A DNA stretch of 64,000 bases from Octopus sinensis (taxonomy: Eukaryota), in the NCBI RefSeq assembly GCF_006345805.1, contig NC_043002.1:46066001-46130000 (forward strand). The letters run 5' to 3'. Shown in pieces: positions 37,127 to 50,843 of this stretch. The notes under the pieces were generated by a model that did not search any database, was not told where the DNA came from, and saw only the letters and a list, made by a program, of their open reading frames with translations. The translations under genes and the position numbers were made by a program. How positions within the stretch are numbered: position 1 is the first letter of the stretch; every line of letters begins with the position of its first letter.

Positions 37127-37268
37127 CCTAGTGACAACGTAGGTGAGTTGAGTATAGAAATTCGGGGTGAGTACTTGATAATTATAAGCACCTGTGTATA
37201 CCGTTTGGTGGTGTAGGTGGTGGAGTACATTGATCAAAATAAAATAAAAACATGATGCGAAGGATTCA

Positions 37269-37346
37269 GCGGTACATATGTTTCGGGCCTTTATTAGACA
37301 GATTTATAACAATGCATAATGTATGTCTGTGGCCTTCTTCAGCCGC
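37269..37346 (-). ncRNA. Type I hammerhead ribozyme with extended stem II, in a CpG-rich insert (37125-37740)
   Basis: GCGG-CTGAAGA-AGGCC ACAGA...TCTGT..GGCCC-GAA-ACATATGT-A-CCGC. Confidence 0.6.
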
Positions 37347-37744
37347 GCACAACAGCTTCCACAAGGACATGTGTTACATCAAAAATTCTTGGTTGGGGAT
37401 GCAAATCCTCTCATTCGCGTACGACATAATGCGGCAGCAGCATAGAATTGAAGCGTCCATCTCTTTCTTCTCTCAATGTAGAATGAGGAAAATTGGATGT
37501 TGAGGTAATGTAAATAAATAAATACATATATAGAGGTGAAGATGGAGGGGCGAGAATTCGGGACGAGGGATAAAAAATGTATAAAAAGTGTAAGTATAGA
37601 AAAATATAAAAATGTAGAGCATAAAGATATAAAGCGTTATAAGGAGATGTAAAGGGGGTATAAAGGATATAAGGAATATAAAGAAATATAAATAAATGTA
37701 AAGGCATAAGGTTATAAAGTAAAAATAGAAATAGAAATAAAAGT

Positions 37745-37815
<71 letters not shown>

Positions 37816-37998
37816 CTCTACCACTGGTATTTGAGTACTCTTTTTTCCACCTTGTTTCACATTCATGTGTTTACTCTGGTATATATATATATATAGTTGA
37901 GTTATATATATACATATGTATATATACATATATGTATATATATATATCATGTATACATTTATATATCATATATATGTATATATATATATATATATATA

Positions 37999-38511
37999 TC
38001 TATATATATAAAACTGTAGTTGTGTGAGTGTCTGTCCCCTTCGATTTAGATTCCTAACTACTCCCACATTTTGCGGTGCAGTTTAACCAAATTCGGGTAT
38101 CTTATAGTCGTGATTCATATCGAGCCCGTCTGAGTATTAGCGTGTGTCTACGATGAGTCTACGATTTTAAAAATAATTTAACATCATTTTTTATTCCATT
38201 TTAATGCATAATTTTTCGTGTGTCGATGGCGGCGGAGTTGGCGTCCATGGTCACACCTGCACCTGTTTTCTTCTCCCCCTTCTTCCCTCCCTCGTGAAGC
38301 TGTGGGGAAGGGAGTGTAAGGAAATCAACGTCATAAAGCATTGTCAAAGAGTCCAGCGTTCTTTTAGAACAATGACTTCATGGCTTGAAGACACCAAAAC
38401 AGAAATGGCTAAGAAAGCCCGAATTGGCATCTATAAGGGAAGTAACTCTCTAAAAATGTTTATATAGTTATTTCCCTTACAAACCCAAGCAACGCCGGGC
38501 GATACTGCTAG
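37999..38511 (+). mobile_element. Non-autonomous Helitron
   Basis: 5' TCTATATATATAAAA, subterminal CCCAAGCAACGCCGGG hairpin, 3' CTAG, inserted between A and T. Confidence 0.8.
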
Positions 38512-38545
<34 letters not shown>

Positions 38546-38953
38546 ATATATAACCCGTGCTAGCGCGGAAAACGGACGTTAAACGATGATGATGATGATG
38601 ATGATGATATACATATATATCATATATATATGTATGTAGATACTGATGGTATCAGGGCGTGTATAAGTCTTGAAAAAATTACAAAAATTGATTCCAGGTG
38701 AGAATGCGATCAATAAAGCCGTGGGAACGTGCATTCGTAAAATTGTTTTTCTTGGAATTCTTTATTTCTTCTTTTGCTGGTGTCTCAAATTTAGGTTAAA
38801 TCAGTGTTTCTCAAAGGGGAGGCCTATGGAATGGTCGGACAAGTTGTTTTGAGAAAATTTGGTTTAAATGTTTGACAACCCAGCACTGTCCATTGGACGG
38901 TGGGGGGGGGGCGTTTTGCTTGTACACACACATATATATATATGTATATACCT

Positions 38954-39330
38954 GGAGGCACAATGGCTCAGTGGTTAGGGCAGAAGACTTGTGGTCATAG
39001 GATCGCAGTTTTGATTCCCAGACCAGGCGTTGTGAGTGTTTATTGAGCAAAAGCCCTTAAAGCTCCACGAGGCTCTGGCAAGGGGTGGTGGCGAATCCTG
39101 CTGTATTCTTTCACCACCACTTACTCTCACTCTTTCTTCCTGTTTCTGTTGTACCTGTATTTCAAAGAACCAGCTTTGTCCTACTCTGTGTCATGCAGTA
39201 TCTCCCCAAGAACTACGTTAAGGGTACACGTATCTGTGGAGTGCTCAGCCACTTGCACATTAATTTCATGAGTGGGCTGTTCCGTTGATTGGATCAACGG
39301 GAATCCTTGTCATCATAACAGACAGAGTGC
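38954..39330 (+). mobile_element. tRNA-derived SINE
   Basis: TGGCTCAGTGGTTAGG head and a body related to 15095-15305. Confidence 0.7.
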
Positions 39331-39349
39331 TGTAGCCATGTATATACAT

Positions 39350-39720
39350 GCCTTAGAAAGAAACAATTGCAACTTTTCTTTAGTGTGGTCTTGCGTTATT
39401 ATGTAAGAGAAATTTCCCTTTTATGATTGACCAATAATGGCTGTTTTTATGGCAAGTTTTTGTAAAATGTTTACAACTGATAACAATACTTCTCTGCATT
39501 AATTATTTCATTTTGGTTTAACACTTCATGATAAACAAAACTTCATGTCCCACCAGACATAGAGCATAACTTTTTCATGTATAGTTCTAGTTTGGGGATG
39601 GATTCTTCCTTTTCGTTGGATGCTAACCATTGTTGTTTTGTTGAGTCAGATTATAGAGAAACCACTTTTCATCATATGTGATGATTCCAGGAAAGGTCTG
39701 GCAGAGGGTAACTCTTTCAT
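39350..39720 (-). pseudogene. mariner transposase remnant
   Basis: PFPGIITYDEKWFLYN resembles the ITGDEKW motif. Heavily decayed. Confidence 0.6.
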
Positions 39721-40661
39721 AAAGCTGAGGAGCAGTTAAAAGATGAGAAATCCAGTGACCAAGTTAGATACATTTCCTTGTTCATGAAGGTATTTTATGA
39801 CTAAAGTGTGTGTTGAATTAAACTGCTTTGCTAATTCTTCTGCATTTCGCTTTGGATATTACTCAGCTAGTTTTCAGAAACTCAGTATTGACAGAACTTG
39901 CTTGTCTAGATCAAGGGGAATATGCCAGAAAAAAATTTCTTAAGTGACATTCAGCAAACCATTTTTGGCTTATATTGACACTTAAAGCTCAATTTTCATA
40001 GATGGAATGAGTATTTCTTGCCACTTTCATTGGTGAAGAACTCCTTTGGAATTCATAAAACACGAGTCTGTTCTCAACTCATTTTAAAAGAGTAAAATCA
40101 ATATGAAATTAACCACATTGATATAAAGTTATCTGCAAAGAAAGAGAAAGTATTATAATGTAAAAAATAATGCTTATTTTACCTTCAAAGCAATCATGTC
40201 AAAATACCTATTTTAGAAACAATAAATTTTATTGAAGAGATAAATAGTATACATCATATTAAAGGAAACATTTTAGGTTCTTTGGCAGACCCAATAATTA
40301 ACTGAGCTATCTTATCTGTCATTTTCTCTTTTCTTACTCTGGCATGGTATGGATCAATAAAATATATAACATACCAGATGAGTTATTTTGAGGCCCTAGT
40401 AATTACTTCAATAATCCTTTATGGTTGTTCACCTTCTCCCACCACTGATTCTGCTATACAAAGGGAATAAAATTAGATTTTAAACACAAACAATAAGCAA
40501 CTGCGTATTTATTTGGTATGAGATTTTTAGTCTTTGTGATCATGTTGCAACAAGTTTTCTGATGGAGTGTATGAGTGTGTAAGTGTGTACGTGCATATAT
40601 ATATGTATATATGTGTGTGTACATGTATACACAAGTACATATATATATGTATGTGTGTGTG

Positions 40662-40719
<58 letters not shown>

Positions 40720-40839
40720 CCTACCTACCTATCTATCTATCTATATCTATCTATCTATCTATCTACCCACCTACATACCTACCTATCTACCTATCTATCT
40801 ATCTGTCTATCTATCTACACACACAAACACATGCACTCA

Positions 40840-40890
<51 letters not shown>
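40662..40890. repeat. (ATCT)n followed by (CA)n microsatellites
   Basis: Directly visible. The window has dozens of other (TA)n, (CA)n, (GAT)n, (TAG)n and (ATAC)n tracts. Confidence 0.95.
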
Positions 40891-41539
40891 GCACATATAT
40901 GAGAGGGATGACCACTATGCTTACGTTCTGGTGTTTGCTAAATTCTTCTTGAGAACATTTCTTAGTGGTAAGACCATAGCGGATCTACTTCTAGCATAAG
41001 CGTTGTTCCTCTCATCCCTCTCATATATGTATATAATATAATTTACTGAACCTTCAGATTTTAATATGCTAGACCACTGGTGTTAAATTGATGTTAATTA
41101 AATTAATATCCAATTTCTCACCTTCATTTTAAATTTAAATTTATATATATATAATTGTCAGTCACTGACAGAAGCAGTATATCCAATTTATATCCAACTT
41201 AACATGGTTGTCTTAAGACATCTACATGAAGACGAGGGATTACTTGCACAGGCATTTGTTGATCATCCATACAGGAAATTTGTGACTGATCTTTCAAAAT
41301 ATGTTTGTAGATTGAGGGAAAATAGTGATTATACCTTTAATATAATCTAGTCTATCCTTGCTTTCATGCCTGCTTACAAGCATGGTAGCAGTAGAAAGAA
41401 ATAATGTGGTCATCTTTGGTTAGTTGAAAAGATTTTAATATTATTGCATAACAAGAACTACTTGGATTCCAGAAATGGTGTTCTGAGGTTGCTTGTATTG
41501 AAATATTTCTTATCTAATTTTCAAAAGACAGAGCCTCTA

Positions 41540-42300
41540 CAGAAAACTTTTCAGTGAGAAATTTTCATTTGTGTTTTGTTTTCTGTTTAACTCTTTCTTT
41601 TCTATGTTCCCTTGCAGACTGTGTTGCATTATAGACTCAACTATGATTAAATGTCTGTGAATATATGTGGTTCTTCTTGGGTGAAGGTAGTGATTCCCAA
41701 CAGCATCATAGGTATCTTTCACATTGTCTGCTTTTCTCAAATATCACTGACCTGGTGTTTAAATAGACGTCTTGTCTGTAAAGCTTTTGAGCTCTCATCT
41801 ATTCTGCTATCAACAGGTCCTACTTACTATGGTCTTCCTATTTCATATGTTCTGAAAATTTTCCAGATTTTTTTCATTGAAAGCCTTTTCTTTAAATTTC
41901 CAGTTGTGGTTGACCAATTTTGTAGTTTTCTTTTAATGTGCTTAAAGGGGTATATAGAATTCTAAAATCTTTGTTTGAATTTTTATTCTTCACATCCCTG
42001 TAATGGTTATATGCTTCTGCTAGTCTGGTTTTTATGAAAGTAATCTCTGTCTTATAAATTATTGTTTCTATGTTGCAGAATTCGTCAAATTTGTATGTAT
42101 TAGGGTTTCTGATTAAGCAAATACCTTCAGTTTTGTTAATGGATGTATGTGATATAATATTTTTCTTGTTTTTAGTGCAACTATACCTAATTTTAATGTT
42201 ATGTCTGTTAAAAAGTTTTCTATCAATAGTCAAAAAGAAAGTATTTTCCTATTATACCCCCACCTTGATTCAGTACAAAATCTAATATAGCAAAAAACAG
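41540..42300 (-). pseudogene. Penelope-like element remnant
   Basis: RKLFNRHNIKIRYSCTKNKKNIISH is typical of the PLE RT-to-GIY-YIG linker. Confidence 0.55.
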
Positions 42301-43163
42301 ATATTGGGAAGCACTTCTTTCCTGACTATTGATAAAGAAAACTTATTCTATAGCGAACCTAATGAAAAATTGTAATTTGCAATCCTGCTATTCTCCCATA
42401 GTTTTCAAGTTTGGTGGATTAATATCATTAGAGGAATCTTTCACATGCTATTGAATAAAAATAAAAGATAAACATTCAATAATGCAATTCTATTATGATA
42501 AATGTAGCAGACTCAAGAATAAGATCATATGTATCTCCAACCCCTTGTCATCCAATTGAAAGAAAAGATGCCATAATATTTTCTGATTCATATCTATCTT
42601 CTTGAATATTAAGTCTAATTCTAGCTCTAATAAATAAATGTTCCTACATCAGCCACTGATATAGAAAATTATTCTATAGAAATAAAGTGAAACTGAGTGA
42701 TAGATGCATAACTTAATGTCAAGTAAACCAACTAAATTAACCATGGTTAACTACTTGTACAGATATACAAATGTATACTCCCTTAATCAATCATACAATG
42801 CTGAAGCAATTATCAATGAGGGAGAAGTTACTTCCACTGAACAACCCTAAACATCATATGTAAACACTGTGTAGGTATGGTAGAAGGTAAATTGAAACAA
42901 TGATATTACAACCATACTCAGTGGTTAGAGCGTTGAGCTTATGATTGTGAGGTTGTGTGTTGTGTTCTTGAGCAAGACACTTTATTTCACATTGCCCCAG
43001 TTAACTTAGCTGTAGAAAGGAGTTGCAACATCACTGGTGCCAAGCTGTATCGGCCTTTCCCTTTCCCTTGGATAACATCAGTGGTGTGGAAAGTACTTGA
43101 GTACTCTGATTTTGTTCATGTAAACACTTATAACTCATGATATATACATGTGTGTGTGAGTGT

Positions 43164-43221
<58 letters not shown>

Positions 43222-45084
43222 CTTTAAAGATTTGCAAAAGTGCCTATTTAAAGTTTGTTCAATTATTTATGGACAAAGCCTAAAAAGAAGCAATTGATCC
43301 AATAAAGATAAGAAAAAAGGCCCTATTGCATTGAACTTCATCGTTCTCTTGCTTTTTAGACAAACTGTTGTCTATTGACACTAAACTGCAATTCTGCAAA
43401 ACATTAGACTTTAAAACATTTTTTAATGCTCAGTCAAAGAGGAAGAACAAAGTTCATAACCTTTTTGCAGGATTTCTGAGACTGATGGGGAAGGAAGGAA
43501 AAAAAACCATGACTTAGGGGTTGTGCAGAAGGAAACAGCAAGTCAAGATATTGAGTTAGCATTGGACTGGAGACTTAGTCCAAATGCTTGAAACAGTGAA
43601 CACTACTGAAGATACCCAATGGTTAGGCGAGCAGCCACACAGTTACTGAAGAATTACTGGAGATCTTTAATTTCTGGATTAGAATTTGTAAAATATGTCC
43701 ACATTTACCATAATATTTTAAAATACAGTTTTAAATATGACTGAGTTATATTTTTATGTCATCATTAAAATTTCAAATAAAATTAACAATTTTATTCTAA
43801 CAAGTAGTAGGCATTTATTTTTCATCTTTTACTTGTTTCAGTCATTGGACTGCAGCCATGTTGGGGCACCACTTTGAAGAGTTTTGTTGAACAAACTGAT
43901 GCCAGTGCTCATTTTTTAAAGCCTGGTGCTTATTCTATCGGTGTCATTTGTTGAACTGCTAAGTTATGGGGACATAAACTAAGCAACACTGGTTGTCAAT
44001 CGGTAGCAGGGGACAAACACTAACACAAAGACACATGCGCAAATACACACACACACTCACACATACACAGCACATTTGCACATGCACAGACACAAACATA
44101 CAAACATAAGCACACACACATAAACACATACACACATAAACATATACACACATGTATACATATACATTCACACAAGGGACTTCTTTCAGTTTCCAACATC
44201 CAAATCCACTCAAAGATTTGGTCAACTTGAGGCTATAGCAGAAGATACTTATTCAAAATGCCATGTAGTGGGACTTACCCCAAGACTACATTGTTTGTCA
44301 AACAAACTTCTAACCAAACAGTTATGTCTGAACCTGTTGTGAATTAACTGTTAAAGCATTTTGTTCTAAAATATATATATGGAAATCTAAAATTAAACCT
44401 TACTTTTCCAGAGTAAAAATTTTACTTTTCTGAAAGCTGATGGTCAGTGCGAGTATTATACATGCGGTTTGTGAAACGTAGTTGAAATTCCATAAGTGTT
44501 ACTGACATGAGACTTTGATCCTGACACTGAATCTGTTATATGTCAAAAGGAAGAAAATCAATAATTTGTATCATACCTTTAATTTAAAGCTTAAAGTAAT
44601 TATTTGTCTTTCTTTCTGTGTTTCCCCCTCACTTTTTTTTTTCTGTTAATCTGTATCTCATTCGCATTATGTCTAAGAATGTAGTTGGTATCAGTGATGA
44701 AAAATAATTAAATATGCCTTTGATCTTTCATCCTTTTAATGTCTGCATTTTTTTTTTTAACCAAGACCTTCAGTTTATTTGCTTTGATATGAACAAAAAA
44801 AAAAAGAAGGAAAAGAAAACTCTCAATATAATCAGCAGAGGAGAAAAAGGTAAAGAATTGGCTATAAAACATTTATTCCCAGCACTCTGTAATTAAAAAT
44901 AGATAGACAAATACAGTGTACAAACGTTAGCTTTTAGATTTAATATTTTTTATATTTGTTATACTTCCCAGTTGCTTTTTGAGTTTGCAATTATAATATT
45001 AGAAACTTTACAATATTTAGTTTCTTATAATTAAAGTCACAGAAGCGGTATTAATACCAAAAGTTAAAATTTATCACAACTTAA

Positions 45085-45335
45085 AAGACCTCTACAGGGA
45101 CCTTCTCCTGATATCAGAGACAATCAGAATCAGGAGACTCTGTTTTGCTGGATACTACTACCAGGTCAAGAATGAATGCATTAGGGATATGATACTCTGG
45201 AAACCAACACACCACCACAAGAGCAGAGGTTGGTCAGCTACAACATATGTTGACAGATTAGTGATTGACAGCAGCCTATCAGTTCTTGAGTTGAATCAGC
45301 AATGGAGGACAGAAACAGTTGGAGGAACATCTGTG
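45085..45335 (+). pseudogene. LINE C-terminal remnant
   Basis: IRRLCFAGYY..DMILWKPTHHHKSRGWSATTYVDRL resembles RLRFAGH..LLWQP..GRP..TY. Confidence 0.6.
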
Positions 45336-46001
45336 CAGATTGAGGAAACTCATTCTAAAGAAAGAAGAAAAGTAGGTATTGTGTTAGAACACACAATACT
45401 GCAATATTTACCATGACAGAATCTTTCATATGGTTTTTCATCTGAAGTCTTAAAGCAGTGTACACTACTAAGTTTTGATGCACAAAAAAGCCAGTAAAAT
45501 TTTGTGGTTGAGGCACTCATCTATTCTACTTTGATCTCTGAGCTTAATTGATTTCTGAGCTTAATAAATAAATTGTACTAATAAAAATGCCTGAGTAAAT
45601 AATACAATGACCCTCTCAGCTGATAAAAAGCTGTTTTGTATTATGGCACGGCTAACCACACTGTATTTTTGACAGAGTAGCTTCCATCTAACTCAACTCA
45701 CATGATAGAGAAGCCAGTAAAAAAGGGGCCTTTTTAGAGCTCAAATATATCCCAAACATACTTAAATTGATTGAAAAGTTTGTTTATATGCCAATCATAT
45801 ATTTTGTTCTGGCCTGGCAATCACAGTAGACTAGACTCTGTTAGCACATAATTTCTACTAATTTCTTATAAAGAAGTAGCAATTTTCAATCATTCCATAG
45901 CTGTCCTGTTTGGTATCTACAGCTGCTACATTATTATGAGGGCTCCCTACAGTTTTATTTCTTGTGCACCTTTTCCATATGTGAATTACTGTATTACTTT
46001 A

Positions 46002-46228
46002 TTAACCATTTAGTATTCAAACTGACCATATCTGGCCCAAACATCCTACCTATTTTATGTTCAAACCAGCCTGATCAGACATCTGACTTCTATCTTACAA
46101 TGCCATTCTAAAAGTAAAACAATCATACCATCAAAATCTCACAGCTATGATGTAACACAATTAATTCAAAATAATGGGAATAAATAAGCATTATGTTTGA
46201 CAGAGTAATCTGAATGCTACAGGGTTAA
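46002..46228. mobile_element. piggyBac-like MITE with TTAA TSD
   Basis: TTAA|CCATTTAGTATTC ... GAATGCTACAGGG|TTAA. Confidence 0.65.
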
Positions 46229-48625
46229 AAGGTGAAAGGTGTTGTAATTGTTAAATGCTTTTGCATAAATTGTTTCTGTTCTCACTCCTCATCTCTCTTT
46301 CTTTCTCCTCACCTCTCCAGGTAATCTTGTACCTCCCCTACAGCAAGTTACCTGTTTTTGTGTCTGTCTCACTATACTTTCACAGGTAAAGACAAAAAAA
46401 AATCTGCTTTCTACTGATGCTTTTAAAATGTTGTTATGATTGCTGAATATACTCAAAACTATATCTTAAATTTTACAATCCTATTGAACAACACCTTGCA
46501 AAGGGTGCTCAGGATGTGAAACGCATCTTACTGGATTTTGTGGGACCTCTCAAAATAAATATTGTTACTGGATTTTGATGATTCCTCATGTTACTTTTTG
46601 GCTTTTCTTAATGCCAGAATTCCCTCTCAAATTGTTATTTGATGTTGTTCAATAAGCTATTCTCTTTGGTTGGAACTCCACAGTAATAAAGAAGTGCATT
46701 CATGCTTCTGAGATACATAAACTTTTCTAAATAAGCAAGGAACTATCCAAAGCAGAAGTATTGTTTTCAACCAGAGCAATTAAGATAGGTATTTACAGAG
46801 TCACTTCATTTGCTAGAGGTAATGAACAAGTGAGGGAGGTCTTTATGTGCTTACTTAACTCACTAGAAATAAAAAAAAAGCTAATTATCTTTAATAAAGC
46901 CACAATGTAGCATTTAATATACATGAGAAGATAGGCTGATCCCCATTGATCATAGGTCAGTTTGATCAGGGTTGACCAAGGGGTTCAAGAATAAAAATAA
47001 TAACCTTAAGAGTAATGGGCAATGTGGGAGAATGAGTCAAACAGTATGGAAGTCAGTATTTTTAGCTTTTATAGTCTTGGAATTTTCCAGAATCTCATTG
47101 GAAAAATGTTTTTTCATTTACTTCATTCCCTGCTCTCAACTGTTACCAAAATGACTTTTCATAATTGCTTTTCCTTTCTTTTGAGACATGATTCTTCAGT
47201 TAGCTTTTCTCTACATTGAATTCTTGGTCAACTTTACAAACCCTATCCCTATAAAAGAATATTTAGTTCTATAGATAAGTGGTTGTTTAGTAGAAGCTAA
47301 TCAATTGGAATACACTGACAAGTTTGAATACTCAATCATTTGATAAATGATTTAAAATTCAAATATCACATAAAAATCTTGTTTTTATAGAAAAATATTT
47401 ATACTGGCTTATGCAATATCTAAAATAGTATGCAATATCTAAAATAGTTGCCATATAATGAAAACTTATTAAAAGCTTAATATTGATACTGATGCTATAA
47501 GGAACACAGGGCCACCAATCTAAGGTATTTAACTAACTTTTGTTGATTCAAATCAACTCTAAGTAGAATTACAACTCCACACCTTGAATTGTGTTATTGT
47601 TGATTAAATAACAGGTATGACCATAATAAAATAATATTATCCTAGTGCAAGCTACCATTGTTACAGAAAAAACAAAAACATTTATACAACTGACTGAATA
47701 TGCACTAGGCTATGTATGCCAACAGCAGGAAATGGGTGGTACCTTAAATAGAAAACTAAAGAGGTTTCTGTTATCATAACTAAAATCTAACATACATTAT
47801 CATAAAGCCTTCTGTATTTGTATTAGGTTGTTACAAAAGTTTTGCGTCTCTTTTTTTATCATAACAAATCAAATTTTATATAATTGCTGGAAGTGGCATT
47901 TATAAATGAAAACACTTCCCACTGTTATCTCTACAGCTCTATCAATGAAACTACCAGAAAATTTATATCACTTTAAGGGTAATCTAGATTTCTGGCATGA
48001 GTTGTCATTTCAATTGCTGTTTGACTCAAGAATGTATTTTTATAATGTCCATAAATTTAGAATACTTTGTTGAAGAACAGTAAAGTAAACATTTTTACTT
48101 TAATAAATTCAATATATGATGACTTGTACATCATTCATTTTACTCATGCTTTTTAGTTTCTTTACTTAAAAAACTTATTTGTGTTTAATAGTATTATTTT
48201 CATGTTCTTGTATTCTAGATTTCATAATTTAATTTTCCTTTAAAGTAAGCATTAGAGATATATTGAAAATAGATTTGAATTTTTCCAAATTGATTAACTT
48301 CTAAGTAACTCATGATGAATTCTTATAAAAGTAAGAATTAAGCCTTGGTAATGATATTAGAGTTAGACATACAGTTCATGGTGTTTGCTAAATCCAAACC
48401 ATGATATCAGCAGTTGTACTATTCAACAATATCTGGAAAAATTTTAAAAAGGGTATACATGCTTTCCAGGTCTGCAAGACTGGTGACTAAGCAGCCAAAC
48501 TACTTATTGGAAACTAAAATACTTTTATCTTTGTATTCAAGATAACTATAGTATTATATAATTATAATTTATACTTTCATTTTAAAATAAATCTTACAAT
48601 ATATTTCGAGAACTATTTTATGAAT

Positions 48626-49113
48626 GAGCACCATCCGAACGTGGCCGATGCCAGCGCCGCCCCGACTGGCTTCTGTGCCGGTGGCACATAAAAAGCACCA
48701 TCCGAACGTGGCCGATGCCAGCACCGCCCCGACTGGCTCCTGTGCCGGTGGCACATAAAAATCACCATCCGAACATGGCCAATGCTTCTGTGCCGGTGGC
48801 ACATAAAAAGCACCATCCGAACGTGGCCGTTGCCAGTGCCGCCTTAGCTGGCTTCTGTGCCGGTGGCGCGTTAAAAGCTCCAACCGATCGTGGCCGATGC
48901 CGGACCCCCTGGCACCTGTGCAGGTGGCACGTAAAAAGCACTCACTACACTCGCAGAGTGGTTGGCGTTAGGAAGGGCATCCAGCTGTAGAAACTCTGCC
49001 AGATCAGACTGGAGCCTGGTACAGCCCCTGGCTTCCCAGTCCCCGGTCGAACCGTCCAACCCGTGCTAGTGCGGAAAACGCACGTTAAACGATGATGATG
49101 ATGATGATGATGA
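48626..49113 (+). mobile_element. RTE 3' UTR copy with 5-6 tandem ~58-bp units and (GAT)n tail
   Basis: Repeated CACCATCCGAACGTGGCCGATGCCAGC...GTGCCGGTGGCACATAAAA, then the tail module seen at 17880-18054. Confidence 0.85.
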
Positions 49114-50028
49114 TAATTTGAAAATTATTAAGAACTATTCATATATAAGAGTAAGAGTTCTCAGTTTGAAGTCTTAATATCTATTTATGTCCATTCAAAA
49201 CTGGGTTAATTTTCTTAGATTATTAAAATATGTATCAGTAATATAATGAATTAAATAATCAAATTCAAATAGGTTTGCTTGTGTGTAGAAATCAATGTGA
49301 AATAATTCATATTTTTATGCTGTATAACCTGAATTACAAACATTATTAAAATGCTCCATCTTTGCTTAAATGGTGTACTAAAGTTATGCATATTTGCCTT
49401 CCATAATCTTGTGCCCTTTCCTTTTATCAGATACCAGAAAAGCAATAGAAACATCTATAGCTTAAAAGCTGTTAGAATCACAAAACATATGTTTAAAACA
49501 CCTCTGGGCTTAAAGGAACCATTTCACTCAGGCTATGTATGTATATATATACACACTCGATGTTTTGTCAAAGAAAATACATCAAAGACAAAGTCATTAA
49601 TGACATTTCAATACGTTTATACAAAAAAAAAGAAAAAGAAAAGAACAGGGATTCTAAGATGCTAAGCATCTATTGGATCTATTGTGGTTTTACTGACCAG
49701 CCCAGCTACTGATAAAAGCAAGTTCTTAATGTGTCTGCCAGGTTAGTTTCTTGTTGACATCATCTATCCCTGACAAAATTCTGTTTCAGTGTGTACAGCT
49801 ATTTTTATGTCTGAACACAGTGATTTGGTGTTTGGGACTCTACAAATATTCCTGCTACAGGAAATTATATATCTTAATGACAGCAATTTAACTAAATTAC
49901 TCAAGCAATGCGTTAACTATTGTTTGCTTTATGTGCAACTAATACCTTAGTTTCTTTGATAATGTCAAAGAAACTAAGTAAAAATATAATTGATTAGAAT
50001 TTATTTATTTAATTATTCATTTTTTCAG

Positions 50029-50076
50029 ATCATTAAACTGTGGTTTCAACAATTTTACAACGATACACAATGACAG
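50029..50076 (+). CDS. Candidate 48-nt internal exon
   Basis: Acceptor ATTCATTTTTTCAG and donor CAG|GTAAGT. One open phase gives SLNCGFNNFTTIHND. Confidence 0.3.
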
Positions 50077-50469
50077 GTAAGTAAATACTTCAATCACCTC
50101 ACATATGTACCATAACTGTTGCATTTTGAATAATCTTGAAAGCGTTATAATTTGAAAAAAAAAAAAAAAAAATGCCTTCACTTTTTCTTCTATTCGAAAT
50201 TGTATAAAAACTTTGTCATGTATATGTTTGAACATTTTTGCAACTAAATTTTCTTGACAATATTCTAATTACTGTATTAAGTAATTGATACACAATTTAA
50301 TATGTTTATATATATATATACATATATATAAATACATATGCATATATATATATATAAATACATATGCATATATATATATATGTATGTACATATATACATA
50401 TATATACATATATATGTATATATATAAATACATATATATGTATATATATATACATATATATATGTGTGT

Positions 50470-50531
<62 letters not shown>

Positions 50532-50729
50532 CATGTTATATATATATATATTTAAACTGAAGTATGTCATTTCTTTGGAAATGGCATACTTGTCAATTGA
50601 AATAGGAATATTAATAGAATATTAATTAAAATAGGAATATTGATTGAGTTGATTTACTGATAGAGTAGGGTCTTATATTATTTATAAGCCAGTTAAAACT
50701 AATTCACAGTTTCAAGGGTTAATACACAC

Positions 50730-50796
<67 letters not shown>

Positions 50797-50812
50797 ACAC
50801 GCACACACATGC

Positions 50813-50843
<31 letters not shown>

